Shown here: in pieces, positions 11,301-23,300 of the stretch | How positions within the stretch are numbered: position 1 is the first letter of the stretch | Layout of the letters: each line of letters starts with the position of its first letter | Assembly: GCF_004010195.1 (NCBI RefSeq) | Contig: NC_057717.1 | Coordinates: 105,524,742 to 105,570,854 of the forward strand | Origin: Chiloscyllium plagiosum | Lineage: Eukaryota | DNA length: 46,113 bases | Direction: 5' to 3' | Position numbers and translations under genes: made by a program | The notes under the pieces: model-generated | Told to the model about the DNA's origin: nothing | The model's input: the letters and a program-made list of their open reading frames with translations, nothing else | The model's database searches: none

Positions 11301-14300
11301 GGAGGGAGGGACAGCAGGAGCACAGACTCATTAGAATATCCAGCACTAAAAGGGTTAACCCACTGGGTTACGTTGGATAAACCTGATCTGTATCCCCGAG
11401 TTTACGAGGTTGAGAGGTGACCCCATCGAAATGTTTGACTTAAAGCATTAAAATGGGTGAGTGTCAGAAAAACCACTTGGTGCGGGATTGGGCTGATTTG
11501 GTCTGTTTCCCAGGATTACAGTTGGAGCTCAGAGGGGAAGCTTTCCGTGTTTACATTCTACAGTCCGTCTCTCTCCCCTCCCCCCACCCCCGTGGGACTG
11601 TCTGTTCTTTCCAAGTCAAGACGTGTGGTGCTGGATCATCCAAGGTGCGAGTGAGTCGACGTTTCGGGCATAAGCCCTTCATCAGGAATGCTCTCCTGAA
11701 TGTTCTTTCCAGTTTGTATCTTCCTCACATTCCAATCACTTGGAACCATCAACATCCTTTCTCCCCCAGCCCTCCACCAACTCTGCATCCTCCCCAGTAT
11801 AAACGCTGTCCCCTCTACACCTCACTCCAGCTCTGAATTTGAATCATGTGGACCCAAAACGAGAGTGTCTCTCTCCCCTTCTCCCCCCCTCCCCCCCCCC
11901 GGATTCTCCCCTTCTCCCCCCGCCCCCCCCCCCACCCCCACCCCACCGTGCCTCCCCTCCCCTCACAGATGGCCCCTTCTTCCTGCAGGTGCTCCCCAAC
12001 ATGTGTTTTCAGTCACAGCCACATGCCCTGATCAAATAAGTAAACCCCTTTCCCAATGTTTTTTTTAAACCATACTGACCTGGTTCCTTTCAGTCGATGT
12101 CAGTGACTTGGCTCCATAGTAAAACAGCTGACCTTCAGAGAGTACGACCCAATAGGTAGTCCACAGGGAGACCTGGGGACAGACAGACAACAGAGTCTCC
12201 AGTTTAGACATTCCTTCTCCAACATCACCGACCACCTAGTCCCACAATCTGTTCTCACAGGCTTCCTGCGACACACTGACCTCTCTCCGGATCCCGCAGG
12301 TCAGTTGTCAGTTAGCGAGATGGCCGATTCCTGCAGTCCCTTGGTTCAGGGCTGTATGGAGAGGATACATGGAGAGATGGTGGGGTGTGTGTGTGGGTGT
12401 ACTTATGTCTGCCTGTCAGTCTCTGTGTGTCCGTGTTGGGGGGCTACATACATTTGACCCACCAGTTTCCCCATTGGTCTCACCAGTCCCTTGTCCCTAA
12501 GTGCCATGTGTGTAATAAGAGAGCAGGTTTCTCAACTACATGGGCACGGTCAAGTGCAGGCTGACTCAATGGAAGCTGGGTCCTGGAAGGTCTGTTCACT
12601 CTAAGTGAACCATCTGTCCCCTCCCACATCACTAAAGGTGGTCATTATCACATTGCTCATTACGGGAGAGACTCACATCAGCACCTCCTTCACTGGCTGG
12701 GAAATGCTTTTGGGGGGGGGGGGGGGGGGGGCGGTGGGGTGCCCTGACAGTGACAGGCGCTACAGAAATGCAGTTCTTGTGGTTGTTTCCTTATTACGGT
12801 GGAATCAGGCCAGTTGGAGGTTTAGTGTTTCACCCCTGATTGGCGATCAGTCTCAGCACAAAATATAAAAATACAAGAACATTCTTCAACAGAAGCTGGG
12901 AGCTCCCACAAAAATTCAAAAACCGATTAGAACCAACCGCTCCATTACAGAACTTATAAACATCTGAATCTCTCCGTTAACACCAGGAGATGAAATCAGA
13001 AAGCAAACACAAGTCGTTCCTCATTGTTCCCATTACCGTTGGCTTCTTGCTGCCTTTCAGGATGGTTTTCCTTCTCAACGCACTTTGGATAGTTGCTGCC
13101 CCTCCATCAGAATGCAGTGCGGCTCTAGGTACAGCAACATTGGGATCGATTAGTCCAGGAACGTGAATTTCCACAACCCCTCATGTTCAATCTGCATGTT
13201 CAAACACCCCCCCCCATCAATTCACCTTTCTGTGCTGAGGGAGACACTCCAGCACTAGCACGTTACTGACGTGGGGAGAGAAAGGGAACCCCCCGAGGAT
13301 TCTCGGCCAGCTCTCCTCCCAAGATCAGATACAGCCCTGCAGCTCGGCCAGGGTCGGCAGGGAGTCTGTGCGATTCTCAGGCAACACACTCACAGGAGAT
13401 CGGGTTCAGGTTCCTCTCAAACATGTGTAGGGTCAGGAGGATCGGTCATGGGAAATGTGGGCTGATGGGAAATGGGTGGGTGCAGACTCGATGGGCCGAA
13501 TGGCCACTCTGTATGGATTCTATACCCCGACCTGTATATACACATGCTTCCAGACAGTGTTAGAGAGGGGGTGGGGGTTTCAGTACCTGATGGTATGTGA
13601 CAGGGTGAGGGGGTTTCAGTACCTGACGGCATGTGAGGGAGCGGGGCAGGGGGGTTTTCAGTACCTGNNNNNNNNNNNNNNNNNNNNNNNNNNNNNNNNN
13701 NNNNNNNNNNNNNNNNNNNNNNNNNNNNNNNNNNNNNNNNNNNNNNNNNNNNNNNNNNNNNNNNNNNNNNNNNNNNNNNNNNNNNNNNNNNNNNNNNNNN
13801 NNNNNNNNNNNNNNNNNNNNNNNNNNNNNNNNNNNNNNNNNNNNNNNNNNNNNNNNNNNNNNNNNNNNNNNNNNNNNNNNNNNNNNNNNNNNNNNNNNNN
13901 NNNNNNNNNNNNNNNNNNNNNNNNNNNNNNNNNNNNNNNNNNNNNNNNNNNNNGGACGGTGCGGCAGCTGCCGCACAGGGTGGGGTGAGGGGGGGGTACG
14001 TACCTCGGCAGGTTCCTGAGGGGGTTCCACATTGACGTTGTCACACGGCCCAGGGAGCAGTAAAACCCAGTGTTACTATGGAAACAGAATAAAACAAGTC
14101 CCAATCAACGCCTGCACAGTGGGGGGGGGGGGGGAGCTCACAGGAACAGCAGGGATTTGTAACCAGCTGCCTCAGCCCCATGACCCTACTACCACTCAGA
14201 GTAAACCCGAACATTTAAAACATTTCCATTATTGATTTAGTATTGATTTCCTTTCAGAGCGTTTCACACTCAGCAGCAGAGGGAGTTGGATGTGGATAAC

Positions 14301-17300
14301 TGAAGGTAGGAGGACAGTGCAGACAGAGATATGAATAAAGTGGACAACGTCCCCGGTTTTATTAAAAGGACAGAGAGTAGGAGTGCAGAGAGGTGATGTG
14401 GACCTTGTACAAGGCGTGTGTTAGACCTCAGCTGGTGTATTATGTCCACAACGTCCAGAAAGGATCCAAACCCATTGGAGAAGGTGCAGCAGAGATTTCC
14501 AGGGATATTAAACTTCCGCGGTGGGGACAGAGGGGTCGGGACTGCTCACCTGGGAGAGAGGAGGCAGTCAGTCAGAGATTTGATTGAGAGTTTTCAGAAG
14601 TATGAGGGAGAGTTGGATAGAGTAGATCAGGAGAAGCTGGTCCCACTCTTAAAAAGTTTGAGAACAAGAGATTTAAAATGATATGCAAAAGCAGCAAACA
14701 CAACATGACCAAAACCAACCTAGCCACGACGCAAGTGAGTTGGGTCGAGAATATGCTGCCCGAGAGTGGGGTCAAGACTGGTTCAGTCGAGATATTGAGA
14801 AGGGAGTTCAGTTGTTACCTGGACAGTGATGATATTGAAGTTTAACAGGAGAATGGCACCAAGAAAATCTTTTGGAGAGATGACATAGACAGGATGGGCA
14901 GATCGATCTCCTCCTACACCATTAAACATGCACCTGTCTGTGAGATTACCCCCTCACCCTCCCACACTCCTGGTAGTTTGCATCTGGCTTGTGTTCATCT
15001 CTTCATGCATGGGCAGGGGGCAGTCCAAATATTCACTTTGCTTTGCTTAAAGAGAGTTTAACTTTGAGTTAAGTTGCTCACCGTTCAAAAGATGAACAAG
15101 GGTTTCTCTCTCGAACATCACAGCTTTCTGCCTGAGGGGCTGGGAACAAGAAATTAAAATGAATCCATGAAACCCCAACCAATTGCCTCCACAATCCCCT
15201 CACATTGCCCCAAACTCTGGCCCAGTTAGTGAGCAGGTAGACTCCATGAGGTCCAGGCAAGTGATGAGGCATGAAAACTCTGTGGGTGAAATGTAGATAC
15301 TCTGCTGCTGTGGGGCTGACAAACATCGTTGGGTTCTTGGTGAAGGATGCGGGGACACAGAAACCAGAGTCTGCTATACAGCATCAGAATGTGCAGCCAC
15401 TGAAGGCACTGGACTTGGAGAGAAAGGTAGCAGGTGTTTGTGGTGTTATGAAGTTTAAGAGAGAATGCTGTTCTGCACAGAGCTTACAAGCACCTGTCAT
15501 AATGACTAGCTAGCAGTCTCAGAGTGTACTGGAAAATTGAAAATATGTAACATCTGGCTGTGAAATGGATACCTGAATTGGTTGCTGTTGACAACAATTC
15601 AAATTTAGCCAGTTTAAATTATGCCCCAGGATACTAAAACCCAATTGAGTGCGAATTTATTGTTTTGCCATCATCGAACCAATAAGATGATCAGATTTTA
15701 GGAGCATTAAGAAAGGCAGGCAGTTTGAAAGTCAGACAGAGCAACTGCCAATAAATGAATGAGAGAGTGAGACAGACAGACAGACAGAACCTCTGTATCA
15801 AAGGTACTTTTTTCATATGAAACATATTCACACTGAAAAGAAAGCCTTCGACCCAGGGAGATCGTCAGCCAGAGGAAGGCAGACACTGAATGATTTGAAA
15901 TTAAGCTGATGTTATTTTAATAAGTTTTTATTGGAACAGTATATTGGTACAGAGTTGGAGGTAGATAGTAAGCAGCTAAGAGAAAGGGGGGATTAGATTT
16001 GTGAATTGTTGTTGTTTAATGATCACCTTTTAGAGTTAAAGAATAAATTAATATTTTTCTTTAAGTAGTGGAATTTGAGAGCTCTCCTTTATTCATACTT
16101 TAACAGATTACGAGGTGAGCTGAGCTTTTCTGGGGGTTCGGTTTAATTAACAGTGGGGTTCACCACCTTGCCACAACAGTGGACAGTAAGATCCCACAAT
16201 GTGATAATGTCCGAGACCATCTGAAAGTGATAATGGCCAACAACCAAAAATAAAAATCACAGACCCCCACACCAGGAGGTTACAGGAACAAGTTCAAAAG
16301 CCTGGAGCACATTACATGAATCAAACCCCAGTCCCTTCCATCCCCAACCCCAGGGCAGCTCAGCTGGGCTCTACAGGGTCAGGGGGAATGATCCTTCAGG
16401 TGAGATGTTAAACTAAGGTTGTGGTCACAGATTTGAGAGGAGCAGGAGAGGAGATCTCTCCCTGGGGTCCTGCTAAACATTTCTTCCTCAACCAACAGCA
16501 ACTGAGCAGACAGTCCACCCTGGATCTTGCTGTGCGTACACTGGCTGCTGCATTTCCTGAGCTACAACAGCGCCTGCACCTCATTGGCTTTGGGACGTGG
16601 AGAGATTGCTCAGATCTAAATAGGGTTTCTCAAACTGCCTCCTGGTGTGACCCCCTCCCCCATCTCCATGTTGCAGACCGAGAGAACCCAGAAAGTTAAC
16701 AGCGTTCTGCTGAGCATCTTGAAAGAAGTGTTTAAACGGCAGGGATTCTTAAAAATCTTCTCACGGCCTCAAAGGCCGAACCTTCGAGGAGCCACATTGA
16801 CCACCAGAGAGAGAATGGTGAGCAGGTAAAGGACCACCCACCATTGGTGTTGTGTCAGAGAACCCCAACAGCAGCTCACAACAACACCTCCCCCACAGGC
16901 GTACCCGTTTCCCCCCCCCCACAGGGGTACCAAAGCCAAACCCCAAGTATCAGAAAGAGACCAAATCCCATTGGGTGGTAAAAGGTGCCGTTTCTGCTGG
17001 TGGGCGGTGTTTGACCTGGAGAGCGCTCATGGGTAGACTCACCCTTTGTCTGCTTCACCCACAACAAATCACCTTCCATCTCACTGTCGTCCAGGAGATA
17101 CCGAGGCAACGAGCCAGGGAAGGTGGCACTCCTCTGGGTGCTGGCATTGGTCCGTCCAGCTCTGCCAATATCCAATAGTAGATGGTGGGGGGGTGGGGTG
17201 GGGAGGCAGAGAGAGAAACAGTGCTGCAGATTAAGTGCCTTCAATCTGTAACCCAAAACCATCCCCTCACCCTTCTCTCCAATCATGTGGATCCAAACCC

Positions 17301-20300
17301 ACAGGCCCCTTCAATCACCAATGCTCCTGCAAATCCCAGAGACGGCCAACTGAAGATCAAACAATAACTACTCTCTCAGAACGTTCTGACTATTAGCTTG
17401 GCTCACCTTGGCTCAGGTCAATGGGCTGACCTCTCCCAGCATCTGCTTTTCAAGTGGCACTTCCCAAATGTCACAGACACTGACGATAGGAGTCAATGTG
17501 CTCACTCTCCACAGGCCTATACCCCCTCTCCTAGCCACCAATTCCACCCAACAAGAGCTCTGCCCCTGTCTCACTCCCACCAGCCCCTGACCCAGTGTGT
17601 GGAAAGCAAGTGGGACTGAACACTGCTGGTACCTGTTCACTGTCTCCCAATAAGGAAAACAGAACCATGCCCCAAAGCGTTACCATGTTACACAGTCATT
17701 AAAGTACCCTGAGACAGATCGTGGTTGCGTGTTCAAGAGGTATCCAGGGTCAGTATTGGTCTTGTTCCAGGGAGGAGACCCCCCAGACAGGAGAATGGCT
17801 GTGTTAGAGCGATGGGGATGTATGACTGACCTCTAACAGCCCACTGGCACAATCCAGCAGTGTCTCAGTTAAAGAGGGAGTCAAAGAGGAGATTACAAAC
17901 AGATACCCGACTGAGGTCACCACTCACTTGTAATCAACACTGCGCCACCTTCGATGTCCCCGCGTCAAGCACAGACACGTGACTGAGGCATCACCGTAAG
18001 AGCTTTCAGTATCCTCACTGGGGGAGAGGGAGCCTGAGGAAAAGACCCAGAATCCTTTACAGACTGTTCCATGGTTAAAGAGTTGTGAACACAGCCCAGG
18101 TCATCATGAAAACCAGCCTTCCTCCATTGACTCAGTCTACACTCACGTTGCCTTAAGAAAGCAGCCAACAAAATCAAAGAGTCCTCCCTCCTCAGTTATA
18201 CTCTTCCACTCCCTTTCCATTGGACAGCAGATGCAAAAGTTGAAAAACATGTATCAACATATTTGTGAACAGTTTCTTCCCCATTGTTATCAGAATTATG
18301 ACTGATCTCTCATAGGTTTGAGCTTTCTCTGAATCTGCTCTGTAGCTGTAGCACCATATTCTGGTCTATTACCCTGACGTACTTATTAGATTAGATTCCC
18401 TACAGTGTGGAAACAGGCCCTTCAGCCCAACAAGTCCACACTGACCCAGACCCATTTCCCTCTGACTAATGCACCTAACACTATGGGCAATTTAGCATGG
18501 CCAACCCACCTGACCTGCAAATCTTTGGACTATGGGGAGAATGTGCAAACTCCACACAGACAGTCACCCGAGGCTGGAATCAAACCTGGGATCCTGGTGC
18601 TGTAAGGCAGCAGTGCTAACCACTGAGCCACCGTGCCACACTTATGCAAGTTATAATTTGTCTGGTTAGTATGGAAAACAATACTTTTCACTGTATCTCT
18701 GTATAGGTGACAATAACAAATCAAATCATACAATAATGGTTATCAGGGTCACCATCATGGAGGCTAGTCCAGATTGATGAACTGAATTTAAATTCCACTA
18801 GGTGTCCCCAGAACCACTACACACCATCTCTCAATCAGCTTCAGCCCCTGAGAATTGCCCATTTGTGAATAAGGTTTATAGCAGGATTTTTAAAAAAGTC
18901 ATTCACCTTGAGATTGCCTTGAGGAGACACATTGCTGAGCACATGATGCAGGTTCAATCATCAGAGACAATCTGTAGAAAGATGTCACAACATAAAAACT
19001 TTCAGGGTTTATTCAGTGAAAATAACGGATTAATCTGGAAATTATTCAACCTTCAGTCAGTCACTGTGAGCAGGTGGATACAAATGGAACTCTGCATCTA
19101 ACTGTACGTTGAGGCTGAGTGAAGCTACCTCAATCCACTCCAAATTTCTCGATTAACACATTCACACGCCCCAACCTCTGGCATCCTCACTCAGCCTCTC
19201 CACATCATCTCGGAATCACAATGCCTACAGTGTGGAATGAGGCCATTTGGCACCGACCCTCCAAACAGCATCCCAGCAGGACCCACCCCCCACCCTGTAA
19301 CCCTGCATTTCCGTGGCTAACCCACCCTAACTTGCACATCCCTGAACACCATGGGGCAATTTCCCAAGGCCAATCCACCCTAACCTGCACATTTTTGGAC
19401 TGTGGGAGGAAACCGGAGCACCCGGAGGAAACCCACACAGATACGGGGAGAATGTACAAACTCCACACAGGCAGTCCCCTGAGGCTGGAATCGAACCCGT
19501 GCCGCCTTTACGTTATTTCTTTATGAACAAAACCCACTTCCCAGTTCCCCCTGTAATCCGGTTGAGGTGATGGAACGTTCTGAAACACAGCCAGCATTTT
19601 CCTGCCTGCTAGGTTCTATCTCATTCCTAGTTTAGGAAACTTATTGGCTGTCCTTTTGGATAACATCTTCAGTGAAAGCACAGCTGAGTACAGAACTAAC
19701 CTGTAGTTGTCCTGCTCCATGAATCCCTGCAGCTCCTCGATGTAGGTCTGGGAATTCAGGTATTTCTGCACATGAGGCAATGTTGGGAGGTCTGCAAACC
19801 AGCCAGGTGGGAATGGGAGGAGAAAACACGTCAGCATTTGAGAGACACGCACACAGGCACACGCGCACACAGACACAGGCACACGCGCACACAGACACAG
19901 GCGCGCACACGTTAACACTCTCCCTTGAGGTATCAATGAATCCACTGGACGTTGCCAGCAATTTGTTCATTATTTTGATGAAATTGGCAAATCACAGTGT
20001 GAATAGAGTGTCTCACTCATCATCACCGCCACCAGGCCCATTCAAGTAGACACTCTGCCCTGGAGCAGAGGCAATGTCACTAGTGAGACACTCAGAGACC
20101 CTGGGTTCAAATACCAGCAGGGCAGCTGGTGCAATTTAAACTCAATTAATAAATCTGGGATTGAACGCTAACCTCCGGAAAAGCTGTGGGGAAAATCCCA
20201 ACCTGCTTCCCTAACGTGAAGCTTTTACACCCCGGAAACCTTATTAAAACATAAGATTGCCAGCAGCCTGCCAGGGTAGGTTGTTTTCCCCTTGTGGGAG

Positions 20301-23300
20301 AGTCCAGGACAAGCAGAATAATCTCAGAACAAGGAGTTACTATAGAAATGGAGAGGACGTTTCTGGTCTCAGAAACAAGTCAATCTGTGGAATTCTTTAC
20401 GGTAGAGTTCTTCTTAGAAACAACGTCATTCTCAGGCAATCCAGAGTTTGTGGAGGACACTACAGAAACATTTCTTCATTTCACACAGACATCATGTCTC
20501 TCAGTAAAACTCCCTTAGTCTGTCTAGGTCATTAAGGATATTCAAGGCGGAGATGGATAGTTTTAACCAGCAAAGGAATCCAGGGTAATGGGGAAAAAGG
20601 TAGGAAAGAGAAGACTATCAGACCCAGCTGTGATCTCGGAATAGGACGGCAGATTTGATGGGCTGAATGGCCTATTTCTGATCACTGGTAGATACTGCAC
20701 GTTGTCAAATACCTCGGCTACCTCTCCTAAATCAGATGTGCCCCGTTCTATGAAGGGATCCCCTCTGCACCAGCATGTGGACTTTATTGAGAAAGGTTCA
20801 AAACAGCCACAATCTCAGTTTATCCAAAAGGTGACAAAGTCAGAAGTCACATGACACGGGTTACACAGTCCAACAGGTTAACATGAAATCACAGGCTTTC
20901 GGAGCGCTGCTCCTTCATCAGGTGAAGTGACCACGGGGCAGCGCTCCGGAAGCTTGTGATTCAAATAAACCTGTTGGACTATAACCTGGGATTGGGTGAC
21001 TTCTGACCTTGTCCAGCCCAGTCCAACACCGACACTAACACATTGAAAGACGACAGTCAGAGGCTATTACCGTATTCACAGAACTGCTGCAAATCCAAGA
21101 TGAGACGGAGAACGTTTTTGGTCAGGTCACAGCAATGCTGCTTCTGCAGGTTTCCTGTTGATGGTGGAAACGCAGCGTCGATGTAGGTAAGGTCAGACAA
21201 GTAAATCCCTGCCAGAGACAAGAGGCGCCAGGGTCAGAGACACCCGAACCTGAGGCTTCCTTCTGAAATACAAACCTTTAGTTGGTTGTCCCATTTCACT
21301 AAAAGGTGAGGGACATTAAGCTCTTGCATCACAAATGTCTCCTCACCCACCATCACTAAAGTATATCAACCAGGTCATTGACTCTTTGTACATGGGATCT
21401 TGCTGTGCACAGATTGGGAGCCTTGAATCTTAGTTTACAGAGGTTACTCTTCTTAGAAAGAACTTCATTGTAAACAATGCAGAGCTTGTGGAGGATGCTA
21501 CAGGAATATTTCACACAGACAGTGTCTGGTGTAACATCATGTCACTCAGTAAAACTCCTTCAGTCTGTCCGGTAAACGTACACCCTCTTCAGAAAAGCGG
21601 CTCCCCCCCAACCGACACTCTCTTTTGATTTGCTGCAAATGGGGAGGTGGGATTATCGCTGGGTTGTTAATACACAGACCCAGCGAGGCAAGAAGTCTGG
21701 GGACCTGGGGTCAAATCCCAACTCAGCAACTGTGGGAATGGAATTCAATAAATATCTGGGACTAAGGATCGAATGATGACTGGGAAACCATCGTTGGTTG
21801 TTGGAAAAACCCCATCTGGTTCACTAATATCCTTCAGGGAAGGAAACTTCACCCTCACCTGGTCTGGCCTGCACGTTACTCCAGACCCTCAGCAATGTGG
21901 TTGACTCTGAACTGCCCTCTGCCTAGCCAGCGACACCCCGAATGATTTTTAAAAAATTCTTTCAGTGTTGGATCACCATTTAGAGTCGTAGAGATGTACA
22001 GCATGGAAACAGACCCTTTGGTCCAACCCGTCCATGTCGACCAATTTGAACAAATTAATTCTGGAACCCTGCCCCCACCCGTCCAAAACCCGCCTGAAAC
22101 GGCAGGCTGGAGTGTGGACTGGATCCTCAACCTGAAAACTACAGGGATCCTTGAACATTTTCAATTCTCCTTGGGCAGATGCTGGTGAGCCTGTGTAGGT
22201 ACACCTTCAATCATTCATTCTGTAAGGGTTGGATCAAACGGAGGAACCCGCTCAGCTACATCGGAGAACATTTAAGAGTTAATCACATTGTGAAACTGTG
22301 TACATGACGTTAGCCAGACCAGGAATGTTCCTCTGAGACAGGCTCAGCAAATGAAGATTTCTGTAAAACCTGGCAGCTTCATTACTATTAATAGGATTAA
22401 CATTTTATTTCAGATTTATCCATTCATTTGAAATCTCCCCAGTTGGAGTTCTGCTTGAGACCATCAGTTTTGATTCTCTGGGTTAGTAACCTAGTAATGC
22501 TGTGTTACCTCGATAGAACATTCCAGCACATTACACACCCTTCAACCTCGATGTTGCGCTGACCTGTGAAACCAATCTGAAGCCCATCTATCTTACACCA
22601 TTCCATTCTCGCCCATCTGCCTATCCAATGCCCAATCAAATACCCCTAAAGTTGGCGAGTATACTACTGTTGCAGGCAGTGCATACCACGCCCCTACTAC
22701 CTCTGACCTCTGTCCTATATCTATCACCTCACAGTTTAAAGCTATGTCCCCTGTGCTAGCCATCACCATCCGAGGAAAAAGGCTCTCCCTGTCCACCCTA
22801 TCTAACCCTCTGATCATCTTATAAGTCTCAATTAAGTCACTTCTCTATCACCTCACAGTTTAAAGCTATGTCCCCTGTGCTAGCCATCACCATCCGAGGA
22901 AAAAGGCTCTCACTGTCCACCTATCTAACCCTCAGATCATCTTATAAGTCTCAATTAAGTCACCTCTCAACCTTCTACTCTCGAATGAAAACAGCCTCAA
23001 GTCCCTCAGCCTTTCCTCATAAGACCTTCCCTTCACACCAGGCAACATCCTAGTAAATCTGCTCTGCACCCTTTCCAAAGCTTCCACATCCTTCGTATAA
23101 TACAGTGACCAGAACTGTACTAAATACTCCAGGTGCAGCCACATCAGAGTTTTGTACAGCTGCAGCATGACCTCATGGCTCCGAAACGCAATCCCTTTAC
23201 CAATAAAAGCTAACACACTGTATGCCTTCTTAACAACCCTATCAACCTGGACAGCAACTTTCAAGGATCTGTGTTCCTGGACACAGATCTCTCTGCTCAT

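Noticed and set aside
13455..14030. Long ORFs spanning N runs (also 29890-30609)
   Set aside because: Artefacts of assembly gaps.
16876..17042. Read-through peptide [10 protein letters not shown] resembling the RALGPS2 proline motif
   Set aside because: It lies past a strong gtgagt donor, is out of order relative to the family motif, and ends in a stop; probably chance.
17405..17470. GKCHL on minus as homolog of HRKCHSLG
   Set aside because: An in-frame stop precedes the donor, and 17928-18033 fits phase and motif better.
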